Positions 12,604 to 26,664 of a DNA stretch of 64,000 bases are shown in pieces. The translations under genes and the position numbers were made by a program. The DNA is taken from positions 1,589,882 to 1,653,881 of the forward strand of contig NW_003314281.1 in assembly GCF_000143415.4 (NCBI RefSeq), read 5' to 3'. A model generated the notes under the pieces. It saw nothing but the letters and a program-made list of their open reading frames with translations, ran no database searches and was not told the origin of the DNA. How positions within the stretch are numbered: the stretch's first letter is position 1; the number at the start of each line of letters is the position of its first letter. Origin of the DNA: Selaginella moellendorffii. Its lineage: Eukaryota; Plantae; Lycopodiophyta.

Positions 12604-13994
12604 CTAGCTATGCATGATCAACACTTAGTCGAAACTAAAATGAAGACCATGAAATGGACTCATATTGGTACACAACTTCCTTATAGACAAAGCTATAGTA
12701 CAGGTACCAACATCTCAACCTTAAACAACTAAGTTGAACATCATCATCCTTAGCCAAGGTGCAGGGCAACCAAGATCAAATCAAGATCAGTGAGAGCTCA
12801 CTACTCTCATAGAGTTTTAATGAAATGCAAGGTGCAACCTGCCACCAAGTATAATGCTACAGAAGAAAGGCACGAGGGTCATTTTTTTAGAAAAGCGTAA
12901 TAGCCACGTTTCTATACTAACTCCAGACTCTATCCAACTTAATTGCCTTAGCCCCAAAAGTCAGCATCCCTTTTGAGCCGCATCATACAAACTACTTACT
13001 AAGGTCTAAGCTAACCAAAGTCAACTCTAACCCCTTCACTAGTTTATATTGGCTTACAAAAACGGAATGTTTTTTGAGCAAAGTGATCAACAGATCAACC
13101 ATTGGAAAAGCCTAAGAAAATTTGTGGAAAAATTTCCATCCTAGAGAAAGAATAACTCTCAGTTTAAGAATGCAAACTTTCAAGACTCAACCAACTTCCT
13201 TCTACTAACAACTTCATATAAGTTCACCTCAACACAAATTCTCATGACCCATAGAATGCTTAAGCATCGAACATCTTACCCATACTTTTGACATCCAACA
13301 TTGATATCTACAAAATGCAAAATGAACATCCAAGGCTTGATCACAAAGACCATATCTTCAGACATCCACATTGCATTAACACCCTTCTTCAATCACCTTC
13401 AAGATCCAATGTGAAGCCAAAACACTAACAAAAAAAATGACATGAAAAATCAAGGGCTAAGGAGAACTCCTCATCACTCGAAATAACAATGCCACTTCTA
13501 CTAACACAAGTGCTAACGATGTCAATGCCTCAACTACACACTTTCTCCATCCAAAAATCTACTTGAAGTGCTAATGGATCAACCAACAAGCCATAGCAAG
13601 TGAATATTACAACTTTTTTCCAACACCTCAATGGGTAAACCCTTAAGGAAACAACGTACCAACTTAAGTTTAGCATAATGGACCATCATCTAGAATCCAG
13701 TCAAAGCTACTACAATGTTACTATGTGCAAGTAGACTAGCTTTACCATCAACCACTTTGGGGTTGATTATTATTTACCCAAGCAACTTCGTAAACATATT
13801 GCTCATTATCACATAGATATGATATAAGTATCACAATAACTTGATCATCAATTGAGTAACACCACGAGCAATGCTCATGTCACTACAAAGGTTTATGTGA
13901 GTATCAAGTGTCAAATCGACTCAACCAAATGCAACATAAATGCCACACTCCACCGATAGAGATTTACAACACCCAACACCACTAACTTTTATTC

Positions 13995-14452
13995 TTATGC
14001 CACGTGATAGATGCCATGTGTCCATAGGACAATGGTGTGGAACCTGAGGTTCAAGGCCTTGGGCCACTGAACGAAAGAATGGTGCCAAACTCCCAAGCAT
14101 GGAGCTGAGTGATGGAACCGGACCATGGAGATACTCCCGAGTGTACAGCCCAAGGAGCGAAGGGACAGGAGCTCAGAGCGACTTGGAATAGTCTTAGAGT
14201 AACCAGCATCCTAATGCTAAGACTAATACGCAAAACAGAACCAAACAGAACCAAATGGAGTTTAACACTATTTTGGCATACTGGTGGCCTAACGTAAGGA
14301 TATGGGTACTCCACCAGCTAACATGGAATGGAACTTGGGCTTAGACCCAAGTTGGACACAGAACAAGGACAAGCACGCAAGCGGGAGCTAGACTATACCT
14401 CAGGTTAGTCGGCCATGCCCAACCTACCCACTATCCCTACTATACATTTGGA
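13995..14452 (-). repeat. Partial family-1 LTR flanked by a ~180-bp direct duplication (13816-13994 / 14451-14631)
   Basis: Matches the LTR interior at about 31341-31792. The internal sequence GATATGATATAAGTATCAC... is repeated on both sides. Confidence 0.75.
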
Positions 14453-14800
14453 TATGATATAAGTATCACAATACCTTGATCATCAATTGAGTAACACCAC
14501 GAGCAATGCTCATATCACTACTTCAAAAGTTTATGTGAGTATCAAGTGTCAACTTGACTCGACAAAATAAAACATAAATGCCACATTCCACCGATAGAGA
14601 TTTATAACACCCAACACCACTAACTTTTATTCACAACACAGACAAACTCATGCCACTCTCTTTCTGACCAAACTCAAAACCAATCCAACACTAAGTTACT
14701 CAAGGAGCAATAGTGAGGTTCCCCAAAAAAGAGTTGAGCATTGTAACCTAAGTTTTCCTGATCACCCTCTATCGGCCGATCACCAATTCCAGTGCCCCCA

Positions 14801-15420
14801 AACACTTGGATTGGGAGCATTAACCATTCGATCTCCTGAGGGAGCTAGAGCTGGCTCTTGAACACTTCACTAAGCTACCCTGTTTGTTTGTTCATGTTCA
14901 CTCTAGCCTTGGACTCCTCAATAATTATATCATCATCCAACACATGGGTATAGCCTTCCTTGGTCACATTGGCCTTTCCTAGCCAAATTGGCTCCACTAG
15001 AGTCCTCCCCTATTATACTTTTGGAGCTCACCAAACCCCTAAGGGTTTGGGAGACAATCGCTTTATGCTTTCATCCTCGAACTCGGACTCGGACTCGGAC
15101 TTAGACTCAAACTCGGACTTACACTTAGACTCAGACTCGGACTTAGCCTCAGTCTTGGTCTTAGACTTAGAGTCAACTTTAGTCTCAATCTTGGTCTTGG
15201 TCTCAATCCATCTCAAATTCATCTTAAATTCCATCTTTGGTCCATCTCGAACTCTATCTTGGGTCCATGTTAGAGTCCTTATTGGACTCTATTTTGGACT
15301 CCATCTTGAACTCCATTTTGAGTTCATCATGGACTCCATCTTGGACTCTATATCCGACTCTATCTCAGACTCCATTTTGACACTTCCATATGTCATGACA
15401 TTTGCCATGTGTTAGTCCTT
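14801..15420 (-). mobile_element. Partial gypsy family-2 LTR with GAGTCC/GAGACC hexamer array (mirror of 44409-45028)
   Basis: Same hexamer array and downstream sequence as 5365-6360 and 45095-45744. Confidence 0.7.
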
Positions 15421-17906
15421 TTTATGTATTTTTCTAGACGCTCATTCATCAATCGCTTCATGCTCATTCCTTGAACACTTTGTTTGGAGTTCCACTCCTG
15501 CTCTTGACTTTCTAAATTGAAACTTTTGGTCCAAACGTGTTATGCTAGTTGGACTTCCATTTTGATTACTACCATATGGCACATTTTCGGCCCACTTTAG
15601 GCCTTAGGGATTTGTGTTTCACATTAGTGTTTGAAGTAATTTATAATATTTATTCTTAGATGTTTCTTTGTCATTAGATTCATACTTGTACACATGAGGT
15701 GTTTCAGTGCACATGCTTGATCTTGATGATATGGATGATCATATGAACCAAAGTCAATTCTATTTACTTGTACAAATAGCATAACATTACATGCAACACA
15801 AGCCTATGGTGAAGGAGCATTCTATTATATCCATTCCTGCTTGTTTGGATATGGAAACAAAAGAAGACTAAATATATTTTTGATTTTATGTTGTTTAATA
15901 GATTATTTTCTTTCTTCCCTCACTATGGGCAGATATGGTGAGATTACTAGCCAATCTATTGGAAAATGAATAAGATGACAAACTTTTTATTCCTACATAA
16001 CTCTTTAGTAGTTGCTTTGGTGTGTGTGCTTGGGTATTGGCATCTAACCACAAGGCATAGCAAGACTTGGCAAATCATTTATACGCAATAGCAACTTTGT
16101 GTTATAACTGGTTTATAGGGTATACTTTTGCTATACATTTTTGTGTTGTTTTTATCTTTATACTAGCTATTTCATCCCTACCAATCCATGAGAGGTGTCA
16201 ATGAACTATTCTTGCTGCATTTGCAAGAGGTTGAACAAGAAACTTTGAGGACTTTGGCTTCTGCAAGGATTGTAACAATAATATGAATTATTTCAGATTA
16301 CTCTATGTATATAGCATTTTTCATGTTGTTGATGGTTCTAAACACAAGGCACTATAAAATATTGCCATATTAACCAGGCTTATAGCCTCCCTCCAAGTCC
16401 AAAGAAATGTTTAAATCATGTTAGTTGCCTCTTACTATTAGGATATTTGAGGAACTTGCTCCACTTCAGGGATGCTCCCGTCTTTCAAGCCAAGCACTCA
16501 ATAGAATGTTTGTGATTATTCCTTGGGAACTCACTCAGGTATTCATTGTTATATTTTTTTCTTGCCTTTAGAATAACCCTATTTGTGTCTTCCACTCTAT
16601 TGTGGCAACACTACAGTGTAGGTTGATTCTAGTGCTACTGTGGTGGCTCCATAAGGAAGGTGGGTGGTAGGAGGTGGTCCCTCTTTCTTTCTTTTCACTG
16701 TTTTAATAAGAGGGATATGTATGATTGTGAGCCACCTTGGTTAGAGGCCATATACTATGCCATCACAATATTGGAGCACAACTCTATATCTAATATATAC
16801 CACCATGTCTGTTTTTAATTAGATTGGGTTGGATAATGTTTTTGAGCTTACAGTGCTATTTAGATTGCACTATCTCCAAATTAGCTTTTGAACATTTGGA
16901 CCAACTTTTCTGGTTAGGTCTGCAAAAATCTAATGGCCTCCTTCATTTATGGTAGTTACTTCTACCGAGTACAGATCACTCTTGAGCTCATGAGTTGAGC
17001 TCAAATTTCAAATGTAGTTCAATACAAACATTACAAAGTTTAAAAAATTAACATTCAACCTAACATCTTTTTGCATTTTATATAAATAAAAATATTTTGG
17101 TAGAGATTTCTTATCCAAGAATTTAATTATTTACTACAAGCTAAAATAGGTAGGTTCTTTAGAATTTTAAATAAGATAGGATTTAAATTTGTGCTTTTTA
17201 AAATTATCAAGATTGAATTAAGATTCTCTAGCAACTATGAGACACATGAATATTATGGGTATATTGCAAAGAGAAAACTTGTGTATATATATATAAAACG
17301 AAAACTAATTATATAAAATACAAAAGCTTATATTATCGATGAAGAATGAACATAATCTCCAAGAGTCTTCTTCAACTCAATAATAATAAGGGTTGGTTAA
17401 TGTATATAAACATCCACTTTAGGATCCTGGTGCAAGATGTTAATGGATATCTAGTACATATGCTTGCAAAAAGCATATGCCTTCCCATGTTCCTCCTTCG
17501 TAAAGTTTAGACATGTGTATAATAATCTTGAATGGCAATTATGTACTTTCGACCTTTTGTTTTTACAATATACTCCTTCATTAACTCAATAATGTACTTT
17601 ATGAAAAGAATTTCACATTAAAGCATTTGAGTGAAGTTTATTTTACCTTCCTTCTGCTTAGAGATTATACTAATAAATTCACCTTTTCTTACTAACCTCT
17701 TGTGCATCTTTATGGGAACAATGCTAGTTCTATCATTTATATCTTCAATTTTCCTCTTCTCAAGATTAAAATCAGATTCCTTAAGGTTTTGAATTTCATC
17801 TGAACTGAATGCAACCTCTTTAACACCTGGCCATTCTTATCAACTCTTGTTTCTCTCATCTATACCACAGCTTTGAAAAGATGGTACCTTTATTATAGTG
17901 TTTACA

Positions 17907-20333
17907 TTAAGCTAAGTTGCTGGGGGGTGGCAAGACTTGACTGCTGCTGTGGGATTGCCTGTGCAGTAAAATCCAGCTTTGAATGATCTCCATCTTCTTG
18001 GAACTTGTAGAACATGCTGATGACCATCTGGATTTTGCTGGTGAACACCACTGCAGGATAACACCACAGAGAAAGCCCAAGATGAAGAATGTATCAGTGT
18101 TGGTGGCATGTACTGGGATGTTGGTCGAGGAATTAGATGTCGAAGCATTGCATGCTGAGAGTGGGAATCCACACAAGAGAGTGTTGCCTGTAAAGGCATC
18201 CAGAAACCTGGTGTTGAGGTTGTTGCCAGTAGGAATAGGACCACTGAGATTGTTGTAGGCAACGCTGAAACTGGCATGAACGCAATCTCCTGCAGAATGC
18301 CACCCTCGAAGTTGTGCGACAGGTCAAGTGATTCCAGCACCTTAAGCATGGAGAGTCCAACTGGGATGCGTCCAGAGAATCTGTTGCTCGAGATGTTGAG
18401 CTGCATGAGACCCACAAGCCGAGAAAGTGTGAGGAGGAGCTCACCTTCGAGCTCGTTGTTTGAGAAGTCCATGAGCGTGAACGAATCAACGAGGTTTGAT
18501 ATGTTGGTATATACTCCTCGCAGGGTGATCCCGTAGTCAAACATGCCACCGCCAAAGGTATACACCCAGGAGACTTGCTTGATGGTCTTGTCACTCGCAA
18601 ACAACAATATCCTAGGCATGCATCGCCAACCTCACCAATCTTCAAGTGATTGATCTCTCCAGCAACCACCTTACTGGTGCTTTGCCCGACCAGCTCGATC
18701 TCATGCAAGGTTTCAAAGCCACCAATGTGAGCGTAAAAGCATTGGGAATGATCTCCACCACTTGCAAACTATCTCTGGAAACATGCCCTGGAAGTTCATT
18801 CACAGGTCTAGCACTTGGATCCCAGTGCAAAGTGGCTAGTCATGCTGCCGAGTTTGGCTTGAGACTTGCACCGCGTTTGGACTGTATGGGAGAGGGCCAG
18901 TGAGTTGGTTCTGCCCAAGTTGCAAGGCCACTAGGTGTTTAGTGGCTCCAAAGCCCATGGTCACCTCACCAAGCACATATCTCCTACATTGAGGATGAGA
19001 AGCTTTTTGAAACTGTCCATCGTCTTTGGAAGCTTGACAGGTCCAGCAGCGTTATGGAAGAGCAGCGTCCAAGCTCCGAAGGAATGACACCGGAGAGATG
19101 GTTACTGGAAAGGTCAAGCCTCGTGAGCTTTGACAAGTTGCCAATGCCTGGAGGAACTTTGCCAGAGAGCTCGTTGTAAGAGAGATCGAGTCGCCGCATC
19201 GACGAACCTGGGGAGTAGTCTTCCCTCAAGGCTCCTGAGAACCTGTTCCATGAAGGTCCAAAGTATTCAGCTTCTCCAGTGAGCCGACCTGTGGAAACAA
19301 AGGCCCAGTCAAGTTGTTCTTGAGACGATCATGGATGTTAAGTTCCGGAGCTTTGCCATTCCACTCGGTAGGCCTCCTTGTAGATTGTTAACGGATAGAT
19401 CCACCAGGGACAGGCAGTCCACCAAAGGTTCCGGAATTACTGTGGACAAGTTGTTGCGGGACATGTCGATTGCTTCAAGAGCGCAGTCATCCCCACCAAA
19501 GATCTCAGGTGGGATCGATGTCAGCTGGTTTTAGCCAGACGTAACACGTTCACAATTTTAAGAAACTTCGATGCGTGAGAAGGGAGAGCAGCAATTGCTC
19601 AAGCTTCTGAGGCAGTGTTCCACAGATCCTCGGGAAGCAGCGGCGGCAACAAGTATCCGGGGATGCGCCGCAGGGTTCTTCGGCCCAGGAATCGCGAGGT
19701 GGAGCTGGACGAGGCCTGCATGTAGGAATTTTCAGCCAGAGAGAGATTTTGCAGCCTGGAAAGCTGACCCAGGGACTCCGGAATGCGGTCACCAAGCTGG
19801 TTTCTCGAGAGATCAATGACTTTGAGAGACGAGCAATTTGCCAGGCTCGAGGAATCTCCTGGTTGTAATAGTTCCAGGGAAGGATGGCGTAGACGTTGAA
19901 GCCGTCCCAAGAAGCCTGGAATCCGGCCCTGGAAGAGATTGTAGGAGAGATCTAACACCTCAAGGAGAGAACAGTTTGTGATCTCGCTGGGAATCTCACC
20001 GGACATGTAATAGTTACGTGACAAGTTGAGCTCTCTGAGCTGTGTCGAGGGCGATATACTTCCCTGCAAGAGGAGAGATGTAAGCCTGATCGAGACGACG
20101 CTGGTGGAAGAATCGCATGAGATTCCTGCCCAAACACACATGTTGGCAACATTGCCCGGGTTCCAGTCAAGAAGAGTGCCTTGTGTGTCGTTTATACCCT
20201 TCTTGAACTCGAGAAGAACATCCGCCTCGTTCTTGGAGGAGGATCCCAGCATTTGCGAGAGGCCTAGAGCAAAGAACAACCAAAAGACGATCTCCACTTT
20301 CTCCATTTTCTGTTGCTCTTGTTCTTCCTGCAT
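17907..20333 (-). pseudogene. LRR receptor-like protein pseudogene, copy 1
   Basis: Mirror image of 39496-41922. A frameshifted and deleted paralog of 50713-53586 that retains the GNxxLCG cap and a partly deleted TM segment in sense orientation. Confidence 0.92.
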
Positions 20334-20558
20334 TCTACATTTTATTGAAGAACAAGAGCTTCACAAAATTGGATAGAACAACGTGTTCCACACGTTGCCG
20401 TTTTCATCCACTGATATCCATTTCCAGACTAGTTGAGCTCAATGTCATGGGTAGTCAATGAAAGTCAAACAGTCTTTGAAGGCCACCGCTCGGGGACCTG
20501 TCGCTCGCGACGTTGGATCCGTGGGATACGAGATTCGCAGAAGGCTCCAGAGGAACCA

Positions 20559-22053
20559 TTACTCGTGCACAGCACAGGCCTTGGAGGATGTTCTCCAGTG
20601 GATGCAACTAAAGGAGACGATAAGTTGATAAAATTCTACGTCTAAAGTAAAGATGTTGACCCCGGTGGTCCGACAAGATCGAAAACTCGCCACTCTCGTC
20701 GACCACGTCCCGGAGGCAATGTGCATAAAAGCCCCGGGGAGTGTGGCCCTTTTCCCAGACCGTCTCATAATCTTCCACAGCCCCAGCTTGTTGACTCGAA
20801 CAACACTCTTCCACTTGAGATTCAGCCCCAGATCATGCAGAGCCTTGGAGAACATCGTACATGGCTTGACGCAGCTCGTCGTTGCGTGGACGGCTGCCGA
20901 CTCAACTCCCAAGTCTTTCAGTCGGACGGTGTAAGTGTCACCGCAAAGTTCCACTCGGCCGGCCATGAGGAACGGGCTCCGTGCCTCCTGCTTCACGTAC
21001 TCGAGGGTGGAGAAGCCATGCTCCTCATGCAGCTGCCACGGCCTGATTTGCTTTGTCACCACCCCGTCCATGATGAAGATCTCCCTCTTGACGTCTTCTC
21101 GAGGACCGTAGCTCGAGCTTCGGAACACGCGGCAGGGCCTGGGAGGAACAATGAGTCTCATTGTTATCGGGTCCGTGAAGAGCGAGAGCGTTCGTTCTTC
21201 TTGAGAGTGAAGATGTTGGCCAGTGTCACAAACGCTCAAGCCGGAATGATCGATCGATGACAAAGGAAAGCATGACATACGACGGACTTTTGCAGATCCA
21301 GATTCCAAGACAGACATCCACGCAGAGACGCTTAAGTGAAGACCGTTCTTCCACTGTGGCCGCAGGATGCGATGATCCGGTTTCATTCCTTGGACTGGTT
21401 CATCCTCTGGAAGGACTGCAGTGACTCGCTCGCGAATCCGTGCTGGGCGTGAGACGGAATCACCAAGTTCCACGGCATCCTGTTGAAGAGGCGGAAAGCT
21501 TGCTGGAGCTTTGTTCTGGCAAAGCCAAACTGCTTAGCAGCGCCAGAAATGTGACCTTGTTGGGAAGCATGAGCATCTCCTGGAAAGCCACCAAAGTCTT
21601 CTGCTTCCAAGACATCACAGTCCACGTTGCTACGTCTTTCCGCTCAATCTGATCGAAAGTTTCCCCCGCAACGTCCAGACTTTTGTACCTCCCTTGACGA
21701 GCGCAGTGCCAATGCCGGATGCCAAGTTCGCCCAAGCACCCGTGAACTTTTGGCGCAGCACTCGTGTCCGGGAAAACATCGCTTTGAGAGCTTCTTTCTG
21801 GCCACACTGCTTGTCTCTCCTCTACAACATCTCCCTCACACCCTCCATGCTTCCACATTTCCCATACATCTCCGAGTGTTGTATTCTTGGAACGCTGTGC
21901 TTGCAGCTCGATGGCATTGGACCTGACTGTGCGACGTCCTCTATGGTTGTGAGCTCGTGCAAGTCCAGCAGTAGAGTTTTTTATCCTTTCGTTGAAAACA
22001 CTCTTGTGGAGTTGCCTATCCTCATTTTGTTTTCTCATAAGAGAATCCACCAT
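20559..22053 (-). pseudogene. Mosaic of PLS-type PPR fragments plus an unidentified coding fragment, copy 1
   Basis: LDVAGETFDQIERKDVATWTVM, FQEMLMLPNKVTFLALLSS and QAFRLFNRMP resemble PPR repeats. The 304-codon ORF 20559-21473 is not recognised. Confidence 0.55.
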
Positions 22054-22231
22054 AAGGCATGATCATGTCTCGAACAGGCAAATCCACAAAACCTCCTCAG
22101 TAGAGCTGTGGTGTTCTTGCGAACCACTTCCTCAAACCTGTACCATGAAGAACATTGTTTCCTCTTTTTGCACTTACAAAGGAAGAAATGTTTACTAAGC
22201 AAAAGATATTGCTGTGCCCTGAACTGCAAAA

Positions 22232-22367
22232 AGAGAAATTTTTACTATGCAAAAGATATCAAACCTGGATTTTATCCTTTATACCCTAAACCAACTTGCT
22301 AAAGAGAGAAATTTTTACTATGCAAAAGATGGATTTTATCCTTTATACCCTAAACCAACTTGCTAAA
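22232..22367. repeat. Tandem duplication, two units of ~65-70 bp (mirror 37462-37597)
   Basis: AGAGAAATTTTTACTATGCAAAAGAT...GGATTTTATCCTTTATACCCTAAACCAACTTGCTAAAG occurs twice. Confidence 0.85.
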
Positions 22368-23262
22368 GGGTGATAGTATTATCTTAACCCTGTAGATCAC
22401 ACTGTAATTGAGCTTAACACTAGTGGGTCACCGACAAAGGGGCCAAGTGGTCCTACTCTATTTCTCTTATACTAGTGTTCCTCTACTACAGCTTGGCTGG
22501 TGGGATGGGTTTTCAACTTACATGACACAACACCCCAGCTCCAGGATGACTAGGATTGTTGGTGAGTCAAGACCTCTAATAAGAATAACTAATTCTCCTA
22601 AATGATAGTTAATTATCACCAATGATTTCTAGATGTGAATACTAACTTCAATATTGGACAAAATACTTTCTTTAACAACTCATAATAAATGGAACAATAA
22701 ATATAATAACTCAAATAACCAAAGCTCAAAGAAACTTATAATTAAGTCTCATATAACAACAATCACAAGTTTCACATCAATTAATGTCAATGCCAAAGAA
22801 AAATTCATAGTACAACCCATAATATCCTCCTCAACTCTTCAGTAAGTTGAAATTTCACAATACAAAAGCTAATTAAGAGCATATTTATATCAATCTAAAA
22901 ATTAAGTATGATAAAGCTATGCTCAATAAGTGATCTCTAAACCAATCCTTTGAATCCATCTATTCATATCAAAACATAACTCATTTTATAACAAACGTAT
23001 TAAGAATCATAATCCAAACTCAAATTCAATAAGGAACCAATAACTCTAATATCAATCACTAACTCTTCATTTTGCAAAGCTAAAACACTAAATTTAGATT
23101 ATTGAGTCATATATTTGTTTAATAGAAAAGTAATACTCCATGTATAACATATAAGAACATAGATAAGTGTGAACCAAATTATTACTCAAGTCTAATCAAA
23201 CTGTAATAAGCTCACTAACATATTTAGTCAATAGTTTTGAGCATGACTAAAGAATTTATAAG

Positions 23263-24448
23263 TGTTATAAATATGATTATAGGTATTGAAAGCTACTTGT
23301 CAACGAGTCCTTTTAGATATTCTTTCCTTACTATCATGACGGTAGGAGGTCAATATTGTTAGACTCTATTAATCTTCACCCAAACTAGTTGAGAAATTGG
23401 TCCTCATATATATATTTGGTCAGAAGAGTATAAAGACAAAATTCCTAAGTGCTATTAATCAAGCATACTTGACTTTATTAAAGAAACTCATTCGTTGGCT
23501 TGCATTTACTAGTGTTGAGACATTTTGCAATATTGAGTTTGGTTTCTCAATATTCACTAAGTGATAGTTTACCATGTTTGCTAAAACACTCTCATTATCA
23601 TTCCCCCATGTGTTATATGATAGTGATGCATATCTATAGAATGTAGAAATTATCCTAAACAAGATAGTGCTTTTTTCGCTTTTAAATTCACAATTTAACA
23701 CCATTCCATAAGTTTTTGTGATTGTCCCAAAAACCAGCTCTTGACACTAGGGTGGAAGCCTAACCCTTGATAGAGAGAGGGGGGGGGGGGCAAGGGGCAA
23801 GGGGGTTCCAAATATATAATAGGGATAGTGGGTAAGTTTGGCTGATTAACTTGAGGTATAATCTAACTCCGATTTGCATGTTTGTCTTTATTTTACATTT
23901 GGTTTAAGTCCAAGCCTAAGCTCTATACCATATTAGTTATATCCTCAGGTTAGGCTATCAATATACTGCAATAGTGCCATACTCCATTTGGCTTTATTTT
24001 GCATACTAGTTTTGGCATTGGAATGTTAAAAACTCTAGGATTGTTCTAATAACACTATGTGCTCTTCTCTCCTCGAGCTCTACATTCAAGAGTTGTTCCA
24101 TACTTCAATTTCATACACTCCTTAGCTATATATTTAAGAGTTTAGCTTCGTACTTTCATTTAGTGGCCTAAGGTTTTGAAACTCAAGTTCTACTCTATTG
24201 CTCTTAGTTTATATGTCTAAGGTGTAGTGCACTCTATCTCTCTCCTCTTAAACCAACTGAGAAAGAATAATTGCTTGATGAGAGAGCCCTTAATGGTTAT
24301 TTTATCCCCATTTATCCCCTAAAGTTCCAAAGATATACGGTGATAGTATATTTAAATCTCATCCCATAATTACATGCACTATACAAAGGTTTGATTTTGC
24401 TCCATGGTTATCACTATAAGATAAAGGGTGAAAACTATATGCACTATA
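23263..24448 (+). mobile_element. Old solo LTR of family 1 (mirror 35381-36566) containing a solo TRIM LTR
   Basis: TGTTATAAATATG...GCACTATA is an AT-eroded version of the family-1 LTR. The flanks ATAAG and ATAAA form a near-TSD. Confidence 0.7.
24223..24385 (-). mobile_element. Solo LTR of the TRIM family (mirror 35444-35606)
   Basis: The reverse complement matches 12025-12186 (GGGGATAAATGGGGATAAAATA, GGGCTCTCTCATCAAGCAATT). Confidence 0.85.
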
Positions 24449-25259
24449 ATAAACTAGCTATAAATGATTAACATTTAGCTGAAATTAAAGTGAAGACCAT
24501 GAGATGGACTCATATAGGTATATAACCTTTTAATGGACAAGGTTATAGTATAGTTACTAACACCTAAATTGCAAATAATTAAATTGGACATAACCATTCT
24601 TAACTAAGGTGCAGGGCCACCAAAACCAAATCAAGATCAATAAGATTTTATATCTCTTAGAGTCTAACAAAATACAAAGTGCATACCACCAAACATAATA
24701 CTATAAAGAAAGGCATAGAAGTTATCTTTCTAAAAAAGCACATTAGCCACTTTTCTACGCCAACTCCAAGCTCTATATAACTCAATTTCCTTAGCCCCAA
24801 AAGTCAGCATCCTTTTCAGTTGATATCATATAAACTGCCTACTAAGGTGTAAAATAACAAAAGTCAATTCTAACCTCTTCACTAAAGGTTTTTAAGAAAA
24901 TGATCAACAAATCCACTATTAGAAAAGCCTAAGAAAATTTGTTGAAAATTTTCCATCCAAAAATCAACTCTCAATTTAGAAATGTAAATTTTCAAGACTC
25001 AACCAATTTCCTTTTATTTATAACTTCATATAAAGAATCCAACAACATATTTATATATTTTACATCTAACAACAATATCTACAAATGCTAATAAATACTT
25101 AAAATTTGATCATAAAGACTATATCTTCAAATATCTATATTGTAGCTACACTCTTCTTCAATTATCTTCAAGATCTAGTATAAAGTTAAAATATTAGTAA
25201 GAAAATTGATATGAAAAAACAAGTTTTAGGGAAAACTCTTCATCATTTGACAAAATAAT

Positions 25260-26393
25260 TGTAGCGCATATGGTTTTTACCTTTTATCCTATAATGCTTT
25301 ACCATATGATAACACCACGAAGTAGAACCTAAACCCTCTTTATACCACGTGATAGATGCCATGTGTCATATGCCACGTATCACATGCTATGTGTCCATAG
25401 GACAGTGGTGTGGAATACGAGGTTCAGGGCCTTGGGCCATTGAACGAAAGAACAGTGCCAAACTCCCAAGCATGGAGCCAATGAGCAATGACACTGGACC
25501 ACAGAGTAACTCCCGAGCATATAGCCTAAGGAGCGAAGGGACAGAAGCACAGAGTGACTTGGAATAGTCCTAGAGCATCTAACATCCCATTGCCAGGACT
25601 AGCACACAAAACAGAGCCAAATGGAGTTTGGCACTATTTCGGCATACCGGTGGCCTAACACGAGGATATAAGTGCCCCACCAACTAATATGGTATGGAAC
25701 TTAGGCTTAGACCCAAGCCAAATGCAGAACAAGGACAGACATGCAAGCAGGGCTAGACTATGCCTTAGGTTGGTTAGGTATGCCCGACCTACCCACTATC
25801 CCTACTATACATTTCCCTTGAGGAACACACGCTTTGGGTTTTCATCCCAAACCTCCCTTAGTATCAGGAGTTAATTTCTGGGACAAGCTTGAAATTTACT
25901 AAATATGGAATGTTCCTAGATTGCAAATTTTGATACGGGACGAACACCATTGTGTTTAGAACAATTCTACATTCCGTAGATATGCCAAATGAGCAAATTT
26001 AGACACTTTCCACAAATAACATTTGGGACCGAAATGAGACTAACATTAAGGGCATGATAGCGAAGGTGTTTGGTAGACACGGTAAGCTATCATCTAGCGA
26101 TATTGAGGGACTAGTCTCAATATGCGAAGGTTCTTATCAAGCCAGTGCAAGACAGAGCAAAAAAGAATTAAGAGCCAGACCAAGTATGCTCAGCTAGAAA
26201 CACATAGGAGTTCCTACCTTATATCCATCTGGCTAGGTACAGGTGCTAAGCCCAATAAACTAACACTTGAATAAAAAGGGTTGATAAAGGGAACTAGCAA
26301 TACCGACCTCCTGCCATCATGGTAGTAAGAAAAGAGTGTCTGTAAAGACTAGCTGACAGATAACTTTTGATACCTAAAGTCACATTCGCGACA
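25260..26393 (-). repeat. Family-1 LTR (duplicated copy of the 3' LTR of element A) with PPT at 26394-26405
   Basis: Mirror image of 33436-34569. Confidence 0.9.
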
Positions 26394-26664
26394 CTCTCCC
26401 CCCTTATGGAAGATTGACATCCTTGTCAATGCATACTCCAGTCTAGAATACTGCAAAGGAAACAACTCCAAAAAAAGTTCACGGTGATCACACTATGTGA
26501 GAAATGCACCGACTTAAATGAGTTAGGAGGCAATCTCTTTGTCTAACATGAATGTGCTACCGGCTCAGACATCTTCCGGCCGTCGCCAACAAGGAAATGA
26601 CCAATAGAGTCAGCCACCCTTGCTACTCTGGGAGTCACCCAGCTTACAAAAGTGTGATACGCCC

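Larger units (their letters stand above)
10716..14757 (-). mobile_element. Inverted internal (decayed pol) segment of element A
   Basis: Matches 27645-30482 in the same orientation, i.e. opposite to 9937-10715. The minus strand at 14757 continues where the plus strand stops at 10715. Confidence 0.8.
14801..26664. repeat. Left arm of an 11,864-bp inverted duplication
   Basis: Position x pairs with 59829-x throughout, and all ORFs are mirrored. Only scattered substitutions were seen. Confidence 0.97.

Noticed and set aside
14960-15415. S/D/L-rich and E/K/S/T-rich ORFs here and at 44414-44869 and 45127-45460
   Set aside because: Artefacts of hexamer repeats in LTRs.
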